A stretch of DNA of 64,000 nt from Candidatus Hodarchaeota archaeon (lineage in GTDB: Archaea; Asgardarchaeota; Lokiarchaeia; Sigyniarchaeales; SOKP01): NCBI GenBank assembly GCA_048886685.1, contig JBHLKM010000005.1, positions 106,958 through 170,957 of the forward strand, given 5' to 3'. The notes under the pieces are model-generated. The model was not told where the DNA came from and did no database searches. It saw only the letters and a list, made by a program, of their open reading frames with translations. Every line of letters starts with the position of its first letter. The first letter of the stretch is position 1. Both the position numbers and the translations under genes were made by a program. Of this stretch, positions 47,562 to 58,314 are shown piece after piece.

Positions 47562-49928
47562 TTAAAGTTTTATAGATCTTGCTATGACAGATTTAAAATT
47601 CTCGAGATCATTTACCAATTTTTCAGCATCGGCATCATTGATTTTATCATCTTTACCATATTTATTCAACTGAGTTAACCAGAATTCCATTCTTCCCAAC
47701 ACAGCTTCATTATCCCCTATAATCTTCCTTACACGGATAAAAGTATCATGTAATTTATTTCGAATATTTTGTGCTTTCCATCTCAGCATACAATAATCAG
47801 ACATTTCAGCTAAATTTTGTGTGATTGCCATTACATCAATTGTTTTCTCACGTTCTTCCGATTTTATCTTCCGTATGATGTTAATCTCTTCAAATAACAA
47901 TTCTATGATTTTTGCTAAGAAACCTGTCAATTGACCAGGATTACCACACCATACCCTTACCTCTAATGATTGATTTGACTCTGAGACATAAATTCTAGTA
48001 ACTATTCTTCCCCCACCGACCTTTGCTTCTGAACAATGCCAACTTTCAGCCTCGTATTTTCCTTTCGCGTCTTTTCCTTCATGAGATGTAACTGTACTTA
48101 CTTCAAAACGTTTCAAAGTTCGAACAGCAGCTCTATACGCTAATCTTGGATCTAGATCAGCAATTAAAAAGGCACGAGCATCATTAGGAAGATCTTGAAT
48201 CGTAATCTGTACATCTTCAATAGTCGACAAACATGATACCACTAAGGGACATTTTATCTGAATTTCTTTTTTTCGTATATGTACGGTTCTTTTTTCCCCT
48301 GAGGCTGTTTTATAAATGACATCACCACCAATTGAAGAAATCCCACATTCTTTTGGTTCTAAATAAAAATCTACTCCCCTTGAATTCTTTGCTTCAATAA
48401 CAGGGATGTTAATAAGAGGTGTTTTTATTTTATAACTTGCAGGAGCATCCAAGATCACTTTTACTGAATTTATGGCCATAGAACTTTTGTTACGGACCGC
48501 TATCTTCATATGTAACTGTCCACCGACGAAATCATAATCACGAACTACCTCAATTTTACCCCCATCAGTTGGTTCTAATTCAGCTTTAATAGCCTGAGGT
48601 TTTTCTCTTGGTACGGAATATGCAGTAAAATTTCTCTTTGACATATCTATATATCCATCGATATCACCACGTGCAATAATCTGTGCTAAATTTTCTTCTA
48701 TGCTTGACTCGGTTACTCCTAATCTATTAGAGAGTTCTCTTAAAGGCATTGTTCTATAAGCTCTAGCGATTTCTTTGATTTTTTTCTCCATGTGTTTATT
48801 TGTCATGAATTCTCTTCTTTGAGTAAACAAACCTTTAATTTTACCAGTTTTGATTAATTCATGAAGGGTTTTTCTCGCTAATTCAACTGCAATTTTTAGT
48901 TTTAAAGCAAGTTTATTAAGTTCAAATAAACCCATTTCTTTAGAATAGGCTTTAATTTCATTAAAAATTTGGTCCACCGTGATTACTTCATTACCCCTGT
49001 CAGCAAAATAACCATTAATAGCTTTTGCTCTCATTAAATTAACACAGAAAGATTTTACTAGTTCGTTTGGGAGGTCTAAGTTATTTGCTAAGGTTTTTAT
49101 TGATACACGACCTTTTTTCTTAATCTCACTAATTAAATTGTCTAAAATGTACTTCTGAGTATAATATACATTTTTATCTTGTGAAAATGACCCTTTTATT
49201 TGGAATTGATTGATTAACTTATATATAACCTTTCGAGAGATTTCACCACTCATATCTAACATTACACTTAAATCCTCAACTTTAACAATCCCATCATCAT
49301 TAAACTTGGATAAAAGTCTTTCCCTCATTTCCGGAGAAATGTAATAGAACATTTGGTTTTTTTGATCAATTATCCCATATATTCTTTCTTCATCCATGTA
49401 TTTGTTTATGAATTTAATCATTTGTTCTGCAGAAATATTAAAAGAATTCATTATAGTTGAAAAATTGGTAAGAGAAGCTCTTTTTAATAAGTCCAAAAAG
49501 CAGTTAGGACAAACCTCTTTTCCAATTATATGCCTTAATTTTTTACTACATAATGTTAACCTGTTTCCTTTAATAAGATTATATCTTATTGCTTCCCTTG
49601 CTAATTTTTCCTTGGTGGGAAAAAATATTCCTGGAGTTTTTAAATAAGAATTCCACGATTCAGGGCATTGAGGATTTGTACATTCAAGATAATATTGACC
49701 TGAAGACAATCTTTCTAATCTTAAAAGGGATTTGCATTCAGGACATTCACTATCTTCAACTACTGTGCACTTAAAATTCCTTTCTGAAGCTTTTGCTTTT
49801 GAATAAATAATATTATGTTTTTTACATTCATGAATCTCGGTAGTTGCAATATGATTAATACAAAAGCTGGATTTACATTTTTCACAGGTAAAATCGATAC
49901 TTTGACTCTCACAAAACAAACATTTCAT
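47562..49928 (-). CDS. Zn-finger plus tandem winged-helix (PCI/UFL1-like) plus appendage-like domain protein
   Basis: N-terminal Cys/His clusters; about five repeats of L..L...L.....GxIxGxxxxxxxxY/F; C-terminal beta-sandwich (KIAVRNKSSMAINSVKVIL). Confidence 0.65.
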   Translation of the reverse strand: MKCLFCESQSIDFTCEKCKSSFCINHIATTEIHECKKHNIIYSKAKASERNFKCTVVEDSECPECKSLLRLERLSSGQYYLECTNPQCPESWNSYLKTPGIFFPTKEKLAREAIRYNLIKGNRLTLCSKKLRHIIGKEVCPNCFLDLLKRASLTNFSTIMNSFNISAEQMIKFINKYMDEERIYGIIDQKNQMFYYISPEMRERLLSKFNDDGIVKVEDLSVMLDMSGEISRKVIYKLINQFQIKGSFSQDKNVYYTQKYILDNLISEIKKKGRVSIKTLANNLDLPNELVKSFCVNLMRAKAINGYFADRGNEVITVDQIFNEIKAYSKEMGLFELNKLALKLKIAVELARKTLHELIKTGKIKGLFTQRREFMTNKHMEKKIKEIARAYRTMPLRELSNRLGVTESSIEENLAQIIARGDIDGYIDMSKRNFTAYSVPREKPQAIKAELEPTDGGKIEVVRDYDFVGGQLHMKIAVRNKSSMAINSVKVILDAPASYKIKTPLINIPVIEAKNSRGVDFYLEPKECGISSIGGDVIYKTASGEKRTVHIRKKEIQIKCPLVVSCLSTIEDVQITIQDLPNDARAFLIADLDPRLAYRAAVRTLKRFEVSTVTSHEGKDAKGKYEAESWHCSEAKVGGGRIVTRIYVSESNQSLEVRVWCGNPGQLTGFLAKIIELLFEEINIIRKIKSEEREKTIDVMAITQNLAEMSDYCMLRWKAQNIRNKLHDTFIRVRKIIGDNEAVLGRMEFWLTQLNKYGKDDKINDADAEKLVNDLENFKSVIARSIKL

Positions 49929-50085
49929 TATTCGAAATCTTTATGGTTTTTTGAAATCTATATAATTATAAAAAAATTTAGCTTAAAATATTTTAATAGA
50001 CCAAATTTTAGTAATTTCTATTAATATGAACAATTAAAAGATAATTAACTTTTCCTTATATTCTTATAAGTTTTTGATAGATTTA

Positions 50086-50811
50086 TTAAATAGAAACCTC
50101 TGGAAAAACGCGGATACGCAAAAATGACAAAATCATTACAACTGTGTTAAATAATATTATTATCAATATCATAACGAGTAATATCCAATTAGTTTTAGAT
50201 TCTCTTGCTTTTAAAATTTGAGAGGTTCCATGTTTTGCCAAAGCCAGTGGGAATAATCCCACAAATGTTCCTAAAGAAAAATAGAATACAATAAAAATGC
50301 CATCAATAAAAATTCCACTAAGTGAATATTGTAAACATTGAGAGTATATAAGTAATTCAAAGATACAAGGAGCAAAACCAGCTAAAATGCCAAAAAGATA
50401 CGGTGTTTTCTTTTTTTCCCAATTCAACTCGCTTAATTCATCTTTATATTTTGAATGAGGTATATATTTTCTTCTTGTTATAAAAAACAATAAAATTATG
50501 CCAGCAAACATGGAAACAACAGCACCAAAAAAATTAATCGTAAAATCATCGGGAATAATTTCTGGGATAAGTAATTGGGGTAGGAGACTTATAAAAATTG
50601 TAATAAAGGCAATTATTAAGTTAGAAGAAATTAACCCTAAACCATAAAGGATTAGAATTAATAAACTCCTTAATGGAGTTTTAGAAATACCAAATGACCA
50701 GAAGAAGAAGATCGCTTTATCCTCACATGGAATAGCAGTGTGAAGAAATCCCAAAGTGAATGCAGGAGCGAAAACAACTAATAATGGCGGTAAATAAAAT
50801 TCTTGAAACAT
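50086..50811 (-). CDS. Membrane protein, NicO/DsbD_2 (TauE-like) superfamily
   Basis: LGFLHTAIPCEDK, GILAGFAPC, FSLGT; about 6 TM. Confidence 0.6.
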   Translation of the reverse strand: MFQEFYLPPLLVVFAPAFTLGFLHTAIPCEDKAIFFFWSFGISKTPLRSLLILILYGLGLISSNLIIAFITIFISLLPQLLIPEIIPDDFTINFFGAVVSMFAGIILLFFITRRKYIPHSKYKDELSELNWEKKKTPYLFGILAGFAPCIFELLIYSQCLQYSLSGIFIDGIFIVFYFSLGTFVGLFPLALAKHGTSQILKARESKTNWILLVMILIIILFNTVVMILSFLRIRVFPEVSI

Positions 50812-50864
50812 TTTTTGACAATATTATTCTTTTTGGAGTTTCTAATAATTATTTTTACTAATTC

Positions 50865-51614
50865 TTAGTCCTCTTTAAATATATTTTCATCATCATATTT
50901 AGAATTTTTGATTATAGAAAATGGTATTGTCTGTTCATAAAAAGCTTTACCAATAATTACACCTCTAACACCCATTTGCCTCAACTTATCAATATCATCA
51001 ATGTCTCGAATCCCTCCTGCTACGTATATTGAAGCTTTTTTTACTGTATTTATCATTTTTTGTATATTTTGAAAATCGGGACCAGATAAAGTCCCATCTG
51101 CTTTAATTGATGAGAAAAGAATAATTCTCACTCCCAAATTCTCAATTTTTTTTACAAATGAGAATGGATTTTTAATAGAGAGTTTTGTCCATCCTTGAAT
51201 AGCAATTCTTTCACCATGATAATCAATTGCAACAATTATTTTATTAGGGCCAATCTTCTTCACTAATTTCTTCACTAATTTTGGATCCTCTATAGCAATT
51301 GTTCCTAAAATAATACGATCCGCTCCAATTTTGATAAGTTCGAATGCTGATTCAATATCTCTTATTCCTCCTCCGACTTGAATATTTATTTTATTAGATG
51401 CGTTCTTAATTAAGTTCTTAAATAAAATTCTATTAACGTCAGATCCCCATGCACCATCTAAATCTATAATATGAATTTTCTTTGCTCCTTTATTTATCCA
51501 AAATTCGAGAGCTTCAAGAGGATCTTCATAATATATTTTTTCAGTCCCCTTTAACCCTTGATATAATCGTACACACTTCCCTTTACTAATATCTATAGCT
51601 GGAATTATCTCCAT
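50865..51614 (-). CDS. hisA: ProFAR isomerase
   Basis: IIPAIDISKGKCVRLYQG, HIIDLDGA, QVGGGIR, DGTLSGPD. Confidence 0.95.
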   Translation of the reverse strand: MEIIPAIDISKGKCVRLYQGLKGTEKIYYEDPLEALEFWINKGAKKIHIIDLDGAWGSDVNRILFKNLIKNASNKINIQVGGGIRDIESAFELIKIGADRIILGTIAIEDPKLVKKLVKKIGPNKIIVAIDYHGERIAIQGWTKLSIKNPFSFVKKIENLGVRIILFSSIKADGTLSGPDFQNIQKMINTVKKASIYVAGGIRDIDDIDKLRQMGVRGVIIGKAFYEQTIPFSIIKNSKYDDENIFKED

Positions 51615-51626
51615 AGTTCTAATAAG

Positions 51627-52901
51627 CTAAGGTGGATTGTTTTTTGTAATACTATATTTTACTAATACATAAAAGATTATTATAAGAAAAATTGTACTGC
51701 CAAAATTGAAAGGAAAAAAATCTTCTATTATAAAAAAAAGCCCCATAAATGCAAGATCAAAAAAGCTCATAAAAATTAGACTTGGTTTAATATATTTTTT
51801 TGTGAGATTAGATTGCCTTGGCAGATTGAATATAATTATTGTCAACAATGGGGTTAAATTAAGTAAGTGATGATCCCATGAATCAAAATAACAAAGGAAC
51901 ATAATTGAAATCCCAAAACAATAACCATATAATATGGAATATTTTGTAGTCCTTCTAAGGATATATGAAATGAATCCTATAGAAATAAAAATAATCGCGA
52001 TAAGGAAGAATAGAAGCATTTGGAGTGATATTACCTGATTTTCCGTTAACTCAATAAAATATAAGAAGTTGATAATGAGTTTTGTTATGCTAAATGAGTG
52101 ATTTATCTGTGAAGGTTCTGAACTTGTGAAATTAGCTTCAATAAACCCATCTAATAAATTGGGCAGTATTAAAAACATTATAAGATTGAAAGATAAAGGT
52201 AGTATTATTCCAATAAATCTAATAAAACTACGAAAGATGTCAAATTTCAATTTCTTCGTTATGAAATCATAATGAATTACAAGAATGAACGGAATCATAA
52301 AAATCGTTATTGGTTTTATTAATATGCTTATTCCGAGAAAAAAACTTGCTACAAATTCCCATTTTATCTCATTTTTTTTCATAAAAATATAAAGAGATAA
52401 TAAAATTAGTAAGGTCACATACAAATTGATTTGCCCTAAAATATAATTAAAGAAATTTGGTAAACTCATTAAGAATATGCTAATATAGAGTATAACTCTA
52501 TTTTCTCCTTTTTCATGATCACCCCCTCGGAGAAAAATAATAAGTTTGTAGAGGATAGAACATATCAAGATATTGAGAATTAAGTTAAGAGAATTGAATA
52601 TTATAAAACCTAAATCAAATCCCATAAGATGAAATGGTACAAAAAATAAGGAAGCGATTGGTAAATATCTAAATGGCCAATTGTATGGAGTAGTATAAAG
52701 ATCATTTACATTTTTTAACACAACCCCTCCTACATCGTAATATACTCTGAAATCATTTTTATTTCGAAAGAAAATAAGTGTTAAAATTAGCGAGATTATA
52801 AAATATCCCCCATGAATGATAACAGCATATTTGAATACCTTATAATTCCAGAGTACTCTAAATCTTAGTTTTGATTTAGATAAAAATTTTTGCAGATTCA
52901 T
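51627..52901 (-). CDS. GT87/DUF2029 polyprenyl-phosphate-sugar glycosyltransferase
   Basis: NDFRVYY, FRYLP, GQIN, IKP, SWDHH; multi-TM. Confidence 0.8.
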   Translation of the reverse strand: MNLQKFLSKSKLRFRVLWNYKVFKYAVIIHGGYFIISLILTLIFFRNKNDFRVYYDVGGVVLKNVNDLYTTPYNWPFRYLPIASLFFVPFHLMGFDLGFIIFNSLNLILNILICSILYKLIIFLRGGDHEKGENRVILYISIFLMSLPNFFNYILGQINLYVTLLILLSLYIFMKKNEIKWEFVASFFLGISILIKPITIFMIPFILVIHYDFITKKLKFDIFRSFIRFIGIILPLSFNLIMFLILPNLLDGFIEANFTSSEPSQINHSFSITKLIINFLYFIELTENQVISLQMLLFFLIAIIFISIGFISYILRRTTKYSILYGYCFGISIMFLCYFDSWDHHLLNLTPLLTIIIFNLPRQSNLTKKYIKPSLIFMSFFDLAFMGLFFIIEDFFPFNFGSTIFLIIIFYVLVKYSITKNNPP

Positions 52902-53662
52902 TTTACATTTGTTTTTAATAATCTAATGGATTTATATTTTCTAATAAGATATACAATTACCCCAATAGATAAAACTGTGAATAATATTATCAAGGTGGGG
53001 AGAACATAAAAAGGCAAAAAATCGAGAGCAATATCAACAATTACTATATTTCCTTTAATGTAAAGCTTATATGAACTTAAAATTCCTTGATCATTATAAA
53101 TAGCAATAATCTTAATATATTTATTGGGATAACTTGGCCAAATAGCATCTTTTGGGATATCAACATTTAACGTTGGTAAAACCCTGTTATCTACATCATA
53201 CCACGCGTTTAATTTTAGACCCCCCATGTATTCTCCTACTGGAATTGGAAACCAAAACGGAACCAACGAACGATAAACTGAAAAGTTTAATTCTTCAGTG
53301 TAATCATTTGGATTATTAAGGTATATAATCTGGGAATCATTATCTTTAAAACCCCAATTATTATTTCGTGTCCAGAACCAAATACTAAATTCAATTTTAT
53401 TCACAGTTTCATTTAGTTCGACGGTATTAATCTTCCATCTCATTGATGTTCCCTTACTTAAATTAAGAAAAATTCCAGAATTATCCCATTCAGACCCAAA
53501 AATGAAGTTCATTTCAGCTTCGTCGCAAATTTTACATTTCCAAATCAACTCATCATCTTCATCGACACCTACTTTATAATTAATCGCATTTACATTTAAT
53601 ACCATTCCGCTCATCATTAAAGAAAAAAAGACAAAACTAAAAAAAATCAGTCTATACTTCAA
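52898..53662 (-). CDS. Secreted protein with a C-terminal membrane anchor
   Basis: Signal peptide ending VNA, C-terminal TM followed by a basic tail, several N-x-S/T sequons. Confidence 0.7.
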   Translation of the reverse strand: MKYRLIFFSFVFFSLMMSGMVLNVNAINYKVGVDEDDELIWKCKICDEAEMNFIFGSEWDNSGIFLNLSKGTSMRWKINTVELNETVNKIEFSIWFWTRNNNWGFKDNDSQIIYLNNPNDYTEELNFSVYRSLVPFWFPIPVGEYMGGLKLNAWYDVDNRVLPTLNVDIPKDAIWPSYPNKYIKIIAIYNDQGILSSYKLYIKGNIVIVDIALDFLPFYVLPTLIILFTVLSIGVIVYLIRKYKSIRLLKTNVK

Positions 53663-53666
53663 TTTT

Positions 53667-54929
53667 TTAGTCCTCCTTTAAATTTTTTCCTTTACTTTTC
53701 ATGGAATATTTTGAAACAGCATATAATGAAACTAAGAGGAAAAAAGTGGCTTCAAAATTAAATGGGAATAAGGGGTAAATAAGATACCAAATTCCTACAA
53801 ACGCAAGGTCAAAAAAGCTAAAGAAAAATAGACTTGGTTTGATAGAACTTGTAATTTCTGAATATCTAGGAAGATTAAATATTATGATAATTAAGATTGG
53901 AGTTAAATTCAAGAGGTGATGATCCCATGAATCATAGTAAGCAAGTAGCATAATAGTAATCCCAAACGCAAATCCATAAATTATTGAATCTCCTTCAAAT
54001 CTTCTAATTATAAAAATAATGAAACCCAAACCTCCTAATATGGAAACTACTCCAATCAATATATAAATTTGGTTAAAGGGTATATTATAAAAATAACAGA
54101 AATTAGTTATTAGTTTGGTTATACTAAAAGAAAAATTTAAGGCAACAGGATTGCTTCCCGTGAAGTTAGTGTCTAAAAATCCGTTCCATAATGGAGGATA
54201 GGCAAAAAAGAGAATAAAATTTAATAATACAGGTAAAGAAACTCCTATCAACCGTGTCATCGTAGTATAAAAATCAAAATTTAATTTCTTATTTACCAAA
54301 TCAAATTTTAAAATAATTAAAAACGGGATTAAAAAAAAAGCTGTAGGTTTAATTATTATTCCAATTCCTAATATTAAACTTCCTACTAATTGCCATTTGA
54401 AATTTTCATATTTTAAAAATATGTAAAGTGATACTAAAATGAATAAGGTAATGTATAGGTTAATTTGCCCATAAATGTAATTCAATATATGAGGTAGGCC
54501 AATTAAATATATACATACATATAATATGACTCTTTTATCATCCTTTTCATGATCATTGTTCCTAACTAGTAGAATGGTCTTATAAAGGATTAGACAGATC
54601 AAAATGTTAAGGATCATATTGACAATATTAAATATTACGAATGCTAATTCAAAACTTATAATTGAAAATGGTATAAAAAAGAGTGCTGATAAAGGAAAAT
54701 ATCTAAAATCCCATAAATAATTCGTTTGATTATACAAATTTTCGATATCATTAAGAAATATATCCCCAACATTATAAAAAATTACAAAATCATTTTTTTC
54801 CTTGTAAAGTAAGAAAAATAAAACAATTGAAAGTAAAAAGTAAAAACTATGAAGAATTAAAGCATATCGAAAAATTCTGTATTCCCAGAGCTCTTTGATT
54901 CTTTTAAAAATCCTTGTTTTTAAACTCAT
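53667..54929 (-). CDS. GT87/DUF2029 glycosyltransferase (paralogue)
   Basis: NDFVIFY, FRYFP, GQIN, IKP, SWDHHLLNLTP, shared with 51627-52901. Confidence 0.8.
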   Translation of the reverse strand: MSLKTRIFKRIKELWEYRIFRYALILHSFYFLLSIVLFFLLYKEKNDFVIFYNVGDIFLNDIENLYNQTNYLWDFRYFPLSALFFIPFSIISFELAFVIFNIVNMILNILICLILYKTILLVRNNDHEKDDKRVILYVCIYLIGLPHILNYIYGQINLYITLFILVSLYIFLKYENFKWQLVGSLILGIGIIIKPTAFFLIPFLIILKFDLVNKKLNFDFYTTMTRLIGVSLPVLLNFILFFAYPPLWNGFLDTNFTGSNPVALNFSFSITKLITNFCYFYNIPFNQIYILIGVVSILGGLGFIIFIIRRFEGDSIIYGFAFGITIMLLAYYDSWDHHLLNLTPILIIIIFNLPRYSEITSSIKPSLFFFSFFDLAFVGIWYLIYPLFPFNFEATFFLLVSLYAVSKYSMKSKGKNLKED

Positions 54930-55021
54930 AAATCCATTAATAAATTATTATTTTAATTTTAAATTCTTTAATTAACTCACTATAATTAAATTTTTTAAAA
55001 ATTATTTTTAGGAAATACAAG

Positions 55022-56455
55022 ATGTCCTTTCTTAATAAAGAAATTGAAAGAGTTACATTTGGGATAATCGTTGGAAATCGCGATGTTTTTCCCGATCACC
55101 TTGCTAATGAAGGAAGAGCCGCAATAGTAGATGTTATGAAGGAATTAAGTTATGATTATGTTATTCTGAGTAAAGAAGAGACAAAATATGGAGTAGTAGA
55201 AACTTATGAAGATGCAAAGAAATGTGCTAAGTTATTTAAGGAAAGTAGAGATAAGATTAATGGAATTTTGGTGATTTTACCTAATTTTGGTGATGAAAAA
55301 GGTATTGCCAATACAATTAAGCTGGCAAATCTTAATGTTCCCGTCTTAATTCATGCATCATCAGACGAACTCGGTAAGATGGATAGAGCACACAGAAGAG
55401 ACGCATTTTGTGGGAAAATTTCTGTTACCAGTGTGTTATATCAATATGGGATTCCATTTACACTTACTAAATCTCATACTTGCTCAATTAAGTCAGAAGT
55501 TTTTAAAGCAGATATAGAGAGATTCGAAAAAATATGTAAAATAGTGAATAAACTTAGGAATGCGAGGTTAGGTCAAATTGGTACACGACCCAATGCTTTT
55601 GAAACTGTTAGATACAGTGAAAAAATATTGGAATTTAACGGTATAAGTGTAGAACCAATTGATTTATCTGAAATTCTAGGGTTAATTGAAGGATTAAAAG
55701 ATAATGATCTAAAAGTAAAAGAAAAGATTGAATTTATCAAAAATTATACGTTAACTACATCCTTTTCAGAAGAAGGGGTGTTAAAATTAGCAAAATTAGC
55801 AGTTATAATTGAAAATTGGGTAATTGAGAATGACCTCGATGGATTTGCTTTTCAATGTTGGCCATCAATCCAAGATAATTTTGGTATCGTGCCTTGCGCT
55901 GTGTTAAGTATGTTTAGCGAGGGACTTGTGCCTGCTGCATGTGAGGTTGATATTTCAGGATTAATTGGAATGCTAATTTTACAGATGGCTTCTAACAGAC
56001 CTTCAGCAATCTTAGATTGGAATAATAATTTCGGAGATGATCCCAATAAAATGGTTCTATTCCATTGTAGCAATTTGCCAAAGTCATTCTTTCAAAACAC
56101 AAGAATGACAATTCACCCAATAATTTCAGATCTTAAGGGAGGAGAGGTAAGTTATGGGGCAATCCAGGGTCGAATTAAAAGTAAACAATGTACATTGCTT
56201 AGGATTGAAACGGATGACCTATTTGGAGATATCAAGGCAATTCTCGCAGAGGGTATTTATACTGATGATCCTTTGGATACATTTGGCGGTTATGGTATAG
56301 TAGAGATTCCAGACTTACAAAAACTCTTGAAATCTTTATGCCTAGGTGGATTTGCGCACCATGTTGCAGCGACTTTAGATATAGTTGGTGATATAGTTTA
56401 TGAAGCTCTTTTTAAATATTTAGGTTTTAATATAGAATTTCATAATAATAGCTAA
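55022..56455 (+). CDS. L-fucose/L-arabinose isomerase family protein
   Basis: NFGDE, RRDAFCGK, QCWP, ACEVD, FHCSN, HHVA. Confidence 0.85.
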   Translation: MSFLNKEIERVTFGIIVGNRDVFPDHLANEGRAAIVDVMKELSYDYVILSKEETKYGVVETYEDAKKCAKLFKESRDKINGILVILPNFGDEKGIANTIKLANLNVPVLIHASSDELGKMDRAHRRDAFCGKISVTSVLYQYGIPFTLTKSHTCSIKSEVFKADIERFEKICKIVNKLRNARLGQIGTRPNAFETVRYSEKILEFNGISVEPIDLSEILGLIEGLKDNDLKVKEKIEFIKNYTLTTSFSEEGVLKLAKLAVIIENWVIENDLDGFAFQCWPSIQDNFGIVPCAVLSMFSEGLVPAACEVDISGLIGMLILQMASNRPSAILDWNNNFGDDPNKMVLFHCSNLPKSFFQNTRMTIHPIISDLKGGEVSYGAIQGRIKSKQCTLLRIETDDLFGDIKAILAEGIYTDDPLDTFGGYGIVEIPDLQKLLKSLCLGGFAHHVAATLDIVGDIVYEALFKYLGFNIEFHNNS

Positions 56456-56458
56456 AAC

Positions 56459-57556
56459 TTAATTTTTTTTTCTTTTTATTGCAAGATCTTTTTGGAAAAA
56501 TCCTGATTTAATAAGATTACTTTTCTCGGTATCAATATGAGTTAATATATCAAAAAGATGATATCTTGGACTATTATTATGACAATTTAAAATACGTTTC
56601 CGAGTTAAATATATTGAGTATTCTGAAATGTCGCATCCAATCCATCTTCTTTTTAACTTTTCTGCAGTTAAAAGACTAGTACCTGATCCACAAAAAAAGT
56701 CCGCAACTAAATCTCCCTCATTAGAGCCTAGCTCTATTATTCTTTCAAGTAAGGAATGATGTTTTTGTGTAGGGAATCCTGTCCACTCTTTTGAAGCTGG
56801 TTGTAAACAGGGAATTTTCCAAACGTCATCAAGTTTTTTGTCTTTAACGACGCGATATCTTACATGTCCATTCTCATCTTTTAGATTTTTAAGTACACCA
56901 TTAACATTAATCCTTAATAATTGTTTCCTAGGTTTCTTACGAGGTATTCTTATTTCGTTAAAAGTGTAATTAAGTGATTTAGAATAGACTAGGATGTTAT
57001 CATGTGCACGTGGTAAATTTTTCTTCCCAGCAGAGTATTTATTATAATAATACCATATAATGTTATTTATAAAATTATTTTCTCCAAAAACCTCGTCTAA
57101 TATCAGTCTTACATAATGACTGGCATGCCAATCCAAATGAATAAATAATAATCCTGTTTCTGATAATAATTTTTTAAATAGTATTATCCTCTCATATAGC
57201 ATTTGTAAATATGAATCTAAATCTTTTTCCCAGTGATCATAATAAGCAATAAAATCAAATTTCTTACCTTTTTCTGTAATTTCAATTTTATAATTAACTC
57301 CAGAAAAGAAAGGTGGATCAATGTAAATCAAATCAATTTTATTTTCAAAATCATTTAATAGATGGAATAATACTCCTAAATTTTCTCCCCAGAATAATTT
57401 ATTTTTCCAATCTTTATAAAATGGTTTAGCAGGGATATCTATATCATCTTTGCTTGAATTAATAATGAAAGGTTTAAAAAAATTGGAAAATTCTTTTTTT
57501 AGGTCCTCTATTTGCACGGAAATATCTGTTTTATTCGCCCAAATTAGGTTAACCAT
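56459..57556 (-). CDS. Amino (N6A/N4C) DNA methyltransferase, beta class
   Basis: LIYIDPPF precedes FPTQK and DFFCGSGT. Confidence 0.9.
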   Translation of the reverse strand: MVNLIWANKTDISVQIEDLKKEFSNFFKPFIINSSKDDIDIPAKPFYKDWKNKLFWGENLGVLFHLLNDFENKIDLIYIDPPFFSGVNYKIEITEKGKKFDFIAYYDHWEKDLDSYLQMLYERIILFKKLLSETGLLFIHLDWHASHYVRLILDEVFGENNFINNIIWYYYNKYSAGKKNLPRAHDNILVYSKSLNYTFNEIRIPRKKPRKQLLRINVNGVLKNLKDENGHVRYRVVKDKKLDDVWKIPCLQPASKEWTGFPTQKHHSLLERIIELGSNEGDLVADFFCGSGTSLLTAEKLKRRWIGCDISEYSIYLTRKRILNCHNNSPRYHLFDILTHIDTEKSNLIKSGFFQKDLAIKRKKN

Positions 57557-57579
57557 TTTAATACAATAAAAAGAATTTA

Positions 57580-58314
57580 TTATCTACTTTCTAATTTCTC
57601 AATTAAATCATCAAACTCTTTATCTGAAAGAAAACCTTTAAGAGCCATTATTTCTTTGATGTTTTCCATAATTTGAGGTGCTCCCTTTGCTTCAGTTACG
57701 GTTTCTTCCAAAGCTTCAATTTTTTTTTTAAGTGCGCTTACTTCTTTTGCTTGAGTTTCTCGATCATCCCTAAGAGTTTCAATTTCTATATATTTTTCTG
57801 AATTAATTGTTTGCAATTCTTTCTTGAGATCCTCAATTTCATTTTCTTTTTGCTGTAGTTCATCCTTAATACTTGCTTTTTCACGTTCATAATTTTCTAA
57901 TACGCTATTTTTTTCTTTTTCCAAGGTTTCTGCTTTTAACGTTGCTTCTTTTAATTTATTTTCCAATTCTGTAATTTTAGAATCTGCCTCTGTCAGTTTT
58001 TCTTCTATTTCTGTTTTGGAAGATTTGATTTTATTAATTTCGGCATCAGCATAAAGTTTTTCTTCCCTTATTCTTTCAAGATTTTTTTGCGTTTCCGAAA
58101 GACTCTGTGACTGATCCTCTGCTTTTTTCGATACATCTGTGAACTCTTCTTTTATCAACTGAAGCTCAGTTGAAGTCTTTTCTAGATCTTTTGTTTTTTG
58201 AGCTAATTGCTTTTCTAAATTATTAATTTTAGATCTTAAGTCTAACAAAAATTTTCCCTCAATTGCTATCTTCTTTTCTGGTCTTTCTTCGGCTTTAGCC
58301 CAATCTATCGACAT
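57580..58314 (-). CDS. Long coiled-coil protein with conserved head and tail
   Basis: MSIDWAK...IEG head, continuous heptads, KGFLSDKE tail. Confidence 0.8.
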   Translation of the reverse strand: MSIDWAKAEERPEKKIAIEGKFLLDLRSKINNLEKQLAQKTKDLEKTSTELQLIKEEFTDVSKKAEDQSQSLSETQKNLERIREEKLYADAEINKIKSSKTEIEEKLTEADSKITELENKLKEATLKAETLEKEKNSVLENYEREKASIKDELQQKENEIEDLKKELQTINSEKYIEIETLRDDRETQAKEVSALKKKIEALEETVTEAKGAPQIMENIKEIMALKGFLSDKEFDDLIEKLESR

